DNA from: Octopus sinensis
Lineage: Eukaryota
Length of the DNA stretch: 64,000 nucleotides
Reading direction: 5' to 3'
Assembly: GCF_006345805.1 (NCBI RefSeq)
Contig: NC_043003.1
Location: 70,680,001-70,744,000, forward strand
Below the pieces are notes generated by a model. It saw only the letters and a list, made by a program, of their open reading frames with translations. It ran no database searches and was not told the origin of the DNA. Below are positions 53,925 to 64,000 of the stretch, piece after piece. The stretch's first letter is position 1. Each line of letters begins with the position of its first letter. The position numbers were made by a program, and so were the translations under genes.

Positions 53925-54420
53925 TAATGCAAAAAATATTGTGTTTATTGGCTATCTTCACACCATCAATGGAAAATGTCAATGCCAACTTCCTAAGGTA
54001 GTTATGTAAGGCTATCAAGACCAAACATCCAGAAAAACTGATGAATGGGGTTTTGTTTCATTAGGACAATGCTTCAGCACACAAATCCTTGGATTCAATG
54101 GCTGCTGTGTGTGACTGGCTTTCAACTGGTTGATCACCCTCCCTATGTTAGTGATTTGGTTCCTTCTGGTTATCATCTGTTTCCCAACATAGAAAAACAC
54201 TCAGCTGAGCACCATTATCACTATGATGAAAATATCTTATCTGTTGTTGATGACCATTTTGATCAACAGAAAAGCTTCTTCACCAGTGCGATCCAAGCAC
54301 TGCAACTACTTATGGTAGTGTGTGGACAGTAAGAGGAACTATGTTAGAAAATGAACTTCATTTAGTCACATTCCATTGAGAGTGTCTTGTTCAGATTATG
54401 AACATTTCAGCCGACCCTCA
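53925..54420 (+). mobile_element. Mariner transposon 3' remnant
   Basis: VLFH*DNASAHKS, GFQLVDHPPYVSDLVPSGYHLFPNIEKH; right TIR ...ttcagccgaccctca followed by TA. Confidence 0.88.
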
Positions 54421-55749
54421 TAATAATAAAAATTATTATTATACCTGCATTTGTTTTAATGTTAACATTGGAAAAATCCACATTTTTCATTAAAAAATTA
54501 GGACCTGGGTTTGAACCCCCTTAGCAAATTTTGTTGCTGGGCCACTGCTTCAGACCCTCGATTTAAATTTTCACTTTTCATTCAGTATTTTCTTTCCTTT
54601 TGTCTTTAATACAATTTATCCCATCTTTTTATCCTCCTGAGTTCTTTTGGATATAGTTCCCTTTTAGCATTACTACGTATCATATCTTAAAGCCGTGGTA
54701 TAGGCAAAAGGCCTTAAAAATTAACAACTTTCATTTTTTTATCTTGTCCTAATTCTGTCGTATTATCGAAAGGCCTCTTGCGTGTATATAAAATAACACC
54801 TGTACTATGTTTATGTTTCCGACACTCTGTTTTTCCCGTGTATATGTGTGTATATGTGTGTGTGTGTGTATATATGTATGTGTGCGTTTGTGTATATATA
54901 TGTGTGTGTATATATATATATATGTGTGGGTGTGTGTATGTATGTGTATGTATATATGTGTGTGTGTGTATGTGTGCGTGTGTGCGTATGTATGAGTGTG
55001 TATATGTGTGTGTGTTTATTTTGATATCAAGATTGGAAAAATCCACCTTGTTCGTAAAAAGTATTCGACCTGGGTTTGCACCCCCTAAACAAATCCTGTT
55101 CCCAGGGGCCACTGCCCACACTCCTTTTCTTTCCTCCAGCCTGTTCATCAGTTATGTATATATGTATGAGTATATATGCAAATATGCATAGCATTTCCTT
55201 AATCTTGTGACTCCTTAATTTCGCTTTAATCTCTTAAGCTTCCGACTCATATAACATTACATTATTATATTTTTCCAATATTTATATTTCATTTAATTCC
55301 TTTTATTTAATTTTAGTTTTATTTTTTATTCCATGCCGCCGTGAATTTCTTTCAATTATATAACTCTCCATAAATCTCTATAAGAAATTCCATACGTTTA
55401 ATTACATCACACATTTACACTCCCTTCATATCAGCTTTCTAGTTTATGGGTCTGACAGTGAGTCAAGCTTGTAAGCCTTCTATTTTTGTAGGGTATTTTT
55501 TTTCTATTTAGGATATTACTTTTATTTTGTTTATTAATTTATTTTTTCATTTTTTGATAAAGGTATTTCATCAATAAATGGAAACCCATCTTCTCAAGAC
55601 TAATGCATGACGAATGCAAACGCAAAACACTGATTAGCAACTCGGAAAACTTCAGGTCTGAATATATATTATTTTTCTCTCACTGTTTTAAGCCCGTTTA
55701 TCATTTAATTACATTCAGAATTCCCGTGCGTGCGCGCGTGTGTGTGTAG

Positions 55750-56075
55750 TGAAGGCGTGTGGATTAGTGGTTAGCGCGTTCGGCTCCCGATCGTAGAGTC
55801 GTGAGTTCGACTCCTGATAGCATGTTGTATCTTTGAGCAAGCCTTTTTTTCATATTGTTCTATCAGTTCACTCAGCTGGCAAAAATGCGTTGTACCTGCA
55901 ATTCAAACGGGCCAAACTTATCACATTCTATGTCACGCTGAATTTCCCTGAAAATCAAGTTAAGTGTACGCGTGTCTGTGGAGTCCTCAGCCACTTGAAC
56001 GTTAATTTCACGAACAGGCTGTTCCGTTGACCGAATCAACTGGAACACTCGTCGTAGCCGACGGAGTGCCAGCTT
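55750..56075 (+). mobile_element. tRNA-derived SINE family C
   Basis: A-box gtggattagtggttagcg, B-box gagttcgactcc, tail ccgacggagtgcc. Confidence 0.85.
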
Positions 56076-56399
56076 TTATGCGTAAATGTATGTATGTATA
56101 TACCCATTTTTAAGACTGGTACGTATTTTACCGGTCACTACTAGGTTACGAGGATGTAAACAAAATGTTGCCCATTGTTAAGTGACACACACACACACAC
56201 ACACACCACACACACACACACACACACACGCACACACACGCACACACACATAGGCATATGTGTGTGTCATTATAGTCTTATTCTAAAATTTCTTGCTAAC
56301 AGAGAAAGCTGGTTTCTAACCTAGATCCAAACTCCTTCATTGGAATTTCAACATCAACAGGGTATCTCTGCATATATTTATAGATATAAGCAGCATTTG

Positions 56400-57040
56400 T
56401 ATGTTTTATTTTATGCATGTTTTCTCATGCATATCGCAACACGCTCATATGTACTTAAAAGATAAACTTCTGGAAAGTTTTACAGATTTTTACAGTTCCA
56501 GAGATGGAATCAACTTTCTCTTTTCTAATTTTGAGAAACTTAATTTCTCAAGATCGTTACTTAGGCAATGTGTTACATACTCCAGTGTCCCACTAATTAC
56601 AGGTATAAACCTGACCTTGTAATCTGGATAGAGTAACTGCAGATTCCTCAAACGTTCATCATAGGTATTTTCTTTTTCTCTGATCTTTGGCCTCATGTTA
56701 ACACCCGCTGGGTAGCTAATTTCCACCACTTTACATAGTTTCTTTTCCCTGTCCCAAATCACAATGTCAGGTCTATTATGCTTACAGTTTATTGAGGTTT
56801 TCACGGGGACATTCCACCTGTACTACTTCTTATTGTGAGTGGATATGTCTTCTACCATACTGTGGGTTCTTATGTTTTTTACTTCAGGGTTATCCTTCCG
56901 GCGGATCTCATTATATAGTGTTTTAGCCAACAATATCATGTTTCATCGGTACATTAACCGCGATGACGTTTTCGGATAACTGCTTATGATGTGGGTGATA
57001 TCTTCGGTGTTAACTCCTCAAAGTCTGCATAGGTTATCAT
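56400..57040 (-). mobile_element. R4/Dong-like LINE 3' fragment (RLE domain)
   Basis: KTSINCKHNRPDIVIWDREKKLCKVVEISYPAGVN...KENTY; same family type as 49575-51290. Confidence 0.85.
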
Positions 57041-57069
57041 ATTTTGATATTTTGCCTGCGTCTGTCTCT

Positions 57070-57108
<39 letters not shown>

Positions 57109-57807
57109 GTATGTATGTATGTATGTATGTATGTATGTATGTATGTATGTATGTATTCATGCATGTATGTATGCATGTATGTATGTATTACAGGGTATGG
57201 CGAGTCCAAAGAAGCTTTGTCCACTCTTAGAATAAAGAATTCAAAGATAAATCGAATGTTGTAAACATTAAGAAAAACGCATACACCATTGAGTTGAGAT
57301 AGAAATACTTCGTAGTGTTTATTTCGTCCGACTTTTACAGACACTGCCTTGTCAGTGTCGCCATTTGAAATGGAATCAGAAAAGATCAAGAGAAAACGTT
57401 TACAACAACGACAGCGAGAGTTTTAGAAAAATAATTATTTAAATAGTTATAAAATCATTTAAAATAAATATAGAATTTTAAAATTATTTTATATTTTTCC
57501 CCAAAATACACCAATAAAAATTTACCGAAAGTGGCGCCAAAAGAAAAGCTTTGACTTTTAATTAATATTAATATTAATTAATATTATCGTATAATTGCAG
57601 CAAGTTTGATTATATTCAACGTAATATATTTTCGAACTTACGTTTTTATTTTTTTTAATGACAGTTTGAGAAGGAAAACTAAAATTAATTTGTGTATTAA
57701 CAGAAGTTATTTTATGACTGAATTCAGCTTCGCAGTCGTAATATTTCACCACCTAATTCTAACTGTCGCAACAACTTTTAAAAACTATTTAGTCAAATTT
57801 AGGTTCA

Positions 57808-58190
57808 GGCGTGGCTGTGTGGTAAGAAGTTTGCTTCCCAACCACATAGTTCCGGGTTCAGTCCCACTGCGTGGCACTTTAGACAAGTGTCTTCTACTAC
57901 ATCATTGGTTGATGGAAACTGAAAGAAGCCCGTTGTGCGTGCGTATGTGTGTGTGTGTGTTTGTGTGTGTGAGTGTTTGCATTTATCTCCCACCACCGCT
58001 TGACAACCGGTGTTGGCATGTTTACGTCCCTGTAACATAGCGATTCGAAAAAAGAGATGGATAGAGAATAAGTACCAGACATTGAAAAAGTAAGGACTGG
58101 GTTCGGTTCGTTTTCCTAAAATTCTTCAAGGCGGTGCCCCAGCATGACCGCAGTCTGTTGACTGAAACGAGTAAAAGATAAAAGATAAAT
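57808..58190 (+). mobile_element. SINE family B
   Basis: ggcgtggctgtgtggtaagaagtttgcttccc...gactgaaacgagtaaaagataaaag. Confidence 0.9.
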
Positions 58191-58937
58191 GTGTAGAGTC
58201 TTTAGAATGCATTGCGATATTTGTTTCGTCTCTCTGCGCCCAGGGTTCAAATTCCACTGAGACAACCTTGCTTCTCAACTTTCAGAATTGATCGATAAAA
58301 TATCATCCCTGAACTAATGCAAACCTCTCTGCTTCCACCTATCATATCTTGGATATTCTGCTGGGTCAAGGACGGGATGGATGAAGAGATATCTGCTTAT
58401 TCACACGACAACACGAGTTCCTACAATTATTTATGAAAGCATAACATATTCCAGCACCAAGTATACCGGTCTGGTCATATTAATTTGTTTTATTCACTGC
58501 CTATGACACCCTAGGACTAGCAAAATCGATTAAGTCGAGGAACATTCAGATCAATAACATATATATATAAATGTTTGTGTGTCTGTGTTTGTCCCCTAGC
58601 ATTGCTTGACAACCGATGCTGGTGTGTGTTTACGTCCCCGTCACTTAGCGGTTCGGCAAAAGAGACCGATATAATAAGTACTGGGCTTACAAAAAATAAG
58701 TCTCGGGGTCGATTTGCTCGACTAAAGGCGGTGCTCCAGCATGGCCGCAGTCAAATGACTGAAACAAGTAAAAGAGTAAAGAGTAAAGAGAGAGTATATA
58801 TGTATATATACATACATATATATGACAGACTTCTTTCAGTTTCCGTCTTCCAAATCCACTCACAAGGCTTTGGTCGACCCGAGGCTATAGTAGAAGACTA
58901 TATATCTAATTAGTGTATGTGTACATATATATATGTA

Positions 58938-58968
<31 letters not shown>

Positions 58969-58969
58969 G

Positions 58970-59650
58970 AGTAACCACCTAGCAACATGTGGCCGGAAAA
59001 TGTATATAATATTTCCGTTCTACAAATTACACAGCCCAAGTGAAATCGAGAGGAGAATCAGAGAAAAGAATTTTATTGATAAATTCGAACCCAAGCTAAA
59101 TAAGCAATAATAATAATACTTAGAGGTACTACTTCCACTGCTACGACCATGACCACTAACAACAACAACAATACTAAAGGTGATCAAGATGAAGATAGCA
59201 GGAAAATTATCTTATTTAGGGTTAAAAGTTCTATTGCCACCACCATCACCACTAGCAACAATAATTAAGGTGCTGACAATGATGATGATGACAGTTGAAA
59301 TATAAAAATATAAAAATCTCTGACAAAGGATATTTACATTTCTAAAAATAACCCAACAATTGCTGCTTCGGCCAGGGTCAAGATACAGGACTCTTGACAT
59401 GTCCAACAAAGCGTGATGCCTAAACCAATCAGCTCAACCAACCAATCAGCTTAAGTAATTGAGTGATACTACACACTGATTGGTCAGAATACAGTTTGCA
59501 AAACTTAGCACTCTGGAGCCTACCCAGCTGTATTTATAGCACAGAATCAATCATCTTGCTACAGTCAAAAATTGTGAAGCATGACTGTCACCACTACTAC
59601 ATGAACCCGAAGATTGCAGAATTCAATGCATGAAAGTACTAGTTCAATCA
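58970..59650 (+). mobile_element. Penelope-like 3' remnant: GIY-YIG C-terminus plus pseudo-LTR
   Basis: NHLATCGRKMYIIFPFYKLHSPSEIERRIREKNFIDKFEPKLNKQ*; hammerhead motif about 490 bp downstream. Confidence 0.75.
59602..59646 (+). ncRNA. Minimal type I hammerhead motif, U4-to-C core change
   Basis: TGAAC-CCGAAGA-TTGCA-GAATTCAA-TGCAT-GAA-AGTACT-A-GTTCA; palindromic stem III, 5-bp stem I. Confidence 0.55.
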
Positions 59651-59788
59651 GAATGAACATTTAACATTCTACTATTTCATTTTATTTATTCAATTATAAT
59701 ATATTATCTTATAATATATCATTATAAGATTGTAAATAAAACGTGAAAATCAGACAAGGTGGAATTCCTTTTATTAATATATATATAT

Positions 59789-59839
<51 letters not shown>

Positions 59840-60859
59840 GATCAGTATATGACTTAACTTCTTAAACAAAATTCAAGAAATTAAGTCATATTTATGAAAT
59901 GAAGGCGATTGGATGTTAAAATACATAGGTTTTTTTTTTTCATACTTATCGCGTTAAGGGTTTATATATTCATTCTTCCAGTCATGCTTATTTGAATCTA
60001 GACTAAAATATAATAGGACTTGACTGCTAATATAAGTCTAATGTTTAATTTGATTTCCTCTCTATGTACTTCAGTATATATCTCTATCTAAAATTTATTA
60101 AACATTTTTTTTTCCTGATCAAGCTGTATTTGTATGTACGTTCGGAATTACCAAATAAGGAGCTATATGTTATTCCCAATTCATATTTAATATTTCTGAA
60201 CCTTCAACTCTCATTTCGACTAAGAGTTTAAGTAAATAGGTCGTTGGTAGAGGATTTGAGAATAATTGATAGTTTATATAGTTTTTTTTTTAAATTTTAG
60301 TATTTTTTTAATAAATAATAGATCAATCATTTATAGACAAAAATAGGTGTTAAATGTCGTAATTAATCATTTAACCACAGCTTGATATATTTAAAAAAGA
60401 ATTTTATGAAATATATACAATATGAGTAAAGATGTATAAAAGGGAACTACTCACGTGATTGGCTTACATATAATAAATAATATAATCAGACATTGAGTTA
60501 TTTTGTACGTAAGATAAGTTTTATTGCGTTGATGTAGGAGGAAAATAATTGTTGGTTTTTATTTTTATAGAGAGGAAATCAAAATTAAAATAAAAGATGG
60601 TGTGAATTATTTGGTAATGTAGGGGAAACAACAATTGTTATACCTGTATATTCTCAAATAATATAATTTTGCTTACACAGACATACATAGATTTACATAT
60701 ACATACGTAAATACACATACACACTGATATAGAAATTGGTACACATATACTTTTATATATATATATATATATATACACTCGTACACCCATATATGTATAT
60801 ACACATTCACACATACACATGCGTGCTAATTCCTATATACATATCCTTATATACATACA

Positions 60860-60904
<45 letters not shown>

Positions 60905-61100
60905 GCCTTATCTTTTGTTTATTTTAAAGATATATATATATATATATATAAATGTATATATATATATATATATATACACATACACCCATACACATGCGTG
61001 TCCATTCCTATGTGCACATCCATATGTATATATATATATAGATATATATATATATATAATATATATATATATATGTGCGAATGGTTTTGTTATACGGCTT

Positions 61101-61141
<41 letters not shown>

Positions 61142-61284
61142 ACACTTACGTTGAAAGTCAACAAACGAAGTTTGCTTTAGAAGCGTTGAGATGTATTGAA
61201 AGATACAGATAAGGAAATAATTTTATTCTCAAACGCAGGATAATGCTAATAACAGAGCATGAACAGGATAAACTATCCATATTT

Positions 61285-61378
61285 TGCAGAAAAATCTATC
61301 GGCAGCCAGCCATGAGACTCGAACTCACATCACTGTGATTACGCGTCAAGTGCTTTATCATTAAGCTAAACTGCTTCA
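61285..61378 (-). pseudogene. tRNA-like (Thr-CGT-like) head, probably a SINE head or tRNA pseudogene
   Basis: Minus: gcagtttagcttaatgataaagcacttgaCGCGTAAtcacagtgatgtgagttcgagtctc; A- and B-box-like, poor acceptor stem. Confidence 0.5.
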
Positions 61379-62354
61379 GCAATTTTAGGATATATAATCC
61401 TAACTTTGAAAGTCAACAAAGTTTGCTTTAGAAATGTTGAGATGTTTGTGGTAGTTGTTAGTTTTAGTTTAGCCCTTAAAGAATAGTTATATGATCTAGT
61501 TTCAGCAGGCTTTCTAGCTTAGAGGATGTAAAGCTTTATAGAATAAGTACTCGGATCGATTCGTTCAACGGAAATTCCTCAAAGTGGTGCCCCAGCACGG
61601 CCGCGGTCCGATCACTGAAGCAAGTGAAATTATCAAAAATAGAGAATTGTTTAGTTTAGAGTCAAGAATGCTATTTCTTTTGTCGATTGTTAGATATCCA
61701 TAAATATTATAGCGAAGTTGTTTATTAACAACATGGAGCTATGAGATTGCAGTGAGTCTCATTAAATTATTTTCCACTAAAAGATCTGTTAAAACTTCGT
61801 GAGAGTCTTACCAAGAAACTTTCAACGCTATGTCAGACCAGTTGTATTTACAGTTTGTTTGGAGCCGATCTCTTATATGGCTTAATTATCTAATCAACAA
61901 GAATAATTAATACCATTTTTTTTTTTTTTGTTTCTTGTTTTTTCACCTTCTTTCTATGATTTGTTATTATCTGTAGATAATTAGCATAAAAAGAGAAATA
62001 TATTATTGATTTTGTAAAAAACTTTTGCTGAAAGACAGAATTAATCAAAATATTGTTTTTCTTTTGATATTTATTTTCCCTTTGGAAATGTCTTAGAAGA
62101 ATGGAAATCCAAAATGTTCAATACCACGATTTGTCAAAAATTACCAAATATTTTCTCAGTAAATACCATGACATTTACAAATCATATGATCTTAATCATC
62201 ATTAGCAAAGACAGATTTATTCATACATACATACATACACACATACATATTATACATAATATATAAATATTACACACATACATATGCATCTATGTATGTA
62301 TACATGCACACGCGTTTCTTTTTGCAGATATATATATATATATATATATATAAC

Positions 62355-62610
62355 TTATAAACAAGGGCAAAAGAAAATTCTAATGCCAAATATGCCGAAA
62401 ATAGACAAATCGTCAATAACCATATATTCATCGCTATAAGCACGCGTCTCGAAGTAAACCTACAGAAATTTTAAAAAAATTCCGTTATTATCATATCGGC
62501 CCCGATTTCAGAGTTAATTCATAAGAATTTTCTCCTCGTCAGTGAAAAATGCGGTAAGAAATAAATAAAATACTTACTTATACCCATGGGTATAAGTAAG
62601 TATTTCATTT
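62355..62610 (-). mobile_element. Diverged, 5'-truncated third copy of the 487-bp unit family
   Basis: Shares aagggcaa...ctaatgcc.aatatgc.gaaaa, acagaaattt.taaaaaattcc and the hammerhead region with 39085-39322. Confidence 0.85.
62488..62548 (-). ncRNA. Type I hammerhead ribozyme (family gamma, copy 3)
   Basis: Minus: TTTTCA-CTGACGA-GGAG-AA-AATTC-TTAT-GAATT-AA-CTCT-GAA-ATCGGGGCCGAT-A-TGATAA. Confidence 0.8.
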
Positions 62611-63558
62611 GTACTCAGTTTAGAGTACAATTACATCTCAACAGTTCTGTTAAAGCCTGGTTATAAAATACCAACTCAGACCATCGTATTCACTTCACGG
62701 TAGATGTGTCTTTTCGCTTTCATATTTCAACCATTAACTTGTCTATATGAAATAACGTTGTTTACTTATTTCATTTTCAAAGAACCATGATCAAAATGTT
62801 TAGAATAAATAATGATTTACTTCTTTATATGCAATTCTTTATCCCGAACAAATATGAATAAATTTTATTCAGGTTTCTTTGAAGTATATAGATAAGAATG
62901 GTATAATGGAGACTTATTAATATTCATCGTCAATTTCCGATGCCAAGTGTTTTGGCACGCTTGCGTTGGTTTTGATTTCCCGTTAATATGGCGGCCATGA
63001 TCATTCGTGAAAATAAACCACCGCTTTTTACTTATCTTAACGCTTTTTACTTATGTGAACATTAGACGAATGGTATCATAATCGTAAACGTTATGTAGAG
63101 TTAATATGATCTCATGGTCTGCAGTTTTAACTACCTGAAGCTGATAATATTATGAAAAAGCGATGTTCTTTCACTTATTCAATAATTCTAGTCACTGAAT
63201 TGCAAACATGCGAGGGCAATTCCAGTACCTTGGTAATCATCTTCATTGATTTCGGAACAGAACGAGAAACACAGACGACCAGGTATTTGTGTGTGTATGT
63301 GCGTGTGTGCGTGTGTGTATGTGTGTAGATAGATAGATAGATAGATAGATACATACATACATACATACATACATACATACATACATACATACATTCATAC
63401 ATACATACATACATACATACATACATACATACATACATACATACATACATACATACATACATACACATAAACATATGAAGATGTACAAACATAAAATATA
63501 TCATACATATATATGCACTCACTGTGTGTCTATGTGTGTGTATGCATGTATGTTTTAT

Positions 63559-63830
63559 TTTATTACCTCCGCCTTAGCAAAGGTGGAAGTATTGTTTTCA
63601 GTCGTGTTTGTTAGTTTGTCCATGGATAAGATATCTCAAGAACCGTTGGATGGATTCGAATGAAACTTTCAGGAATGTTTGGCCTCGGGACTGGCACGAG
63701 CTGATTAGATTTTGGGATCGATCGAGTAGCGGACAAGGATTCTGGATTATTTGTTATATTTACTTAACATGAAGTATTACGATCTTACGTTGACTTTCAA
63801 GTCTTTCTCTGGTTATATCCCTTATATTAT
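63559..63830 (+). mobile_element. Non-autonomous Helentron/DINE-like element 5' part
   Basis: Starts ttattacctccgcct-tagcaa-aggtggaagt (subterminal hairpin), then gtttgttagtttgtcc and ggatggattcgaatgaaacttt; family assignment is by resemblance. Confidence 0.55.
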
Positions 63831-64000
63831 ATATTTTACATGCATATTAACACTTTACAGTATACTTACATATATACATAATTCTATACATCGATCTAAA
63901 ACAACAAGAATACTAAAGGAAGGTCAGAATTTAAGAGAAGAGAAAACCAAAAGGTTTCATGCTATTCATTTAAAAATTCCTGAGTAGAACTTATTATTAT

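Overview
Repeat-dominated, AT-rich eukaryotic non-coding DNA. The SINE sequences, dense (TA)n/(TATG)n/(GATA)n microsatellites and TE remnants resemble an octopus (coleoid cephalopod) genome; this is inference from family resemblance, not a database result. No intact host gene is supportable and nearly all ORF-track entries are microsatellite or minisatellite artefacts. Recognisable content: three tRNA-derived SINE families; decayed Helitron, Tc1, mariner, pogo/Tigger and Helentron-like DNA elements; fragments of R4/Dong-like, HERO-like, L1/Tx1-like, RTE-like and Penelope-like (GIY-YIG) retroelements; and a 3.7 kb head-to-head 22-bp minisatellite inside a SINE. The most interesting signal is RNA-structural. 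About 13 type I hammerhead ribozyme motifs from several unrelated sequence families can be folded by eye. They include a 486-487 bp tandem unit pairing a tRNA-like Pol III head with a hammerhead, whose stem II shows compensatory changes in a third copy at 62.5 kb. Several motifs lie in or beside inverted duplications typical of Penelope-like elements.
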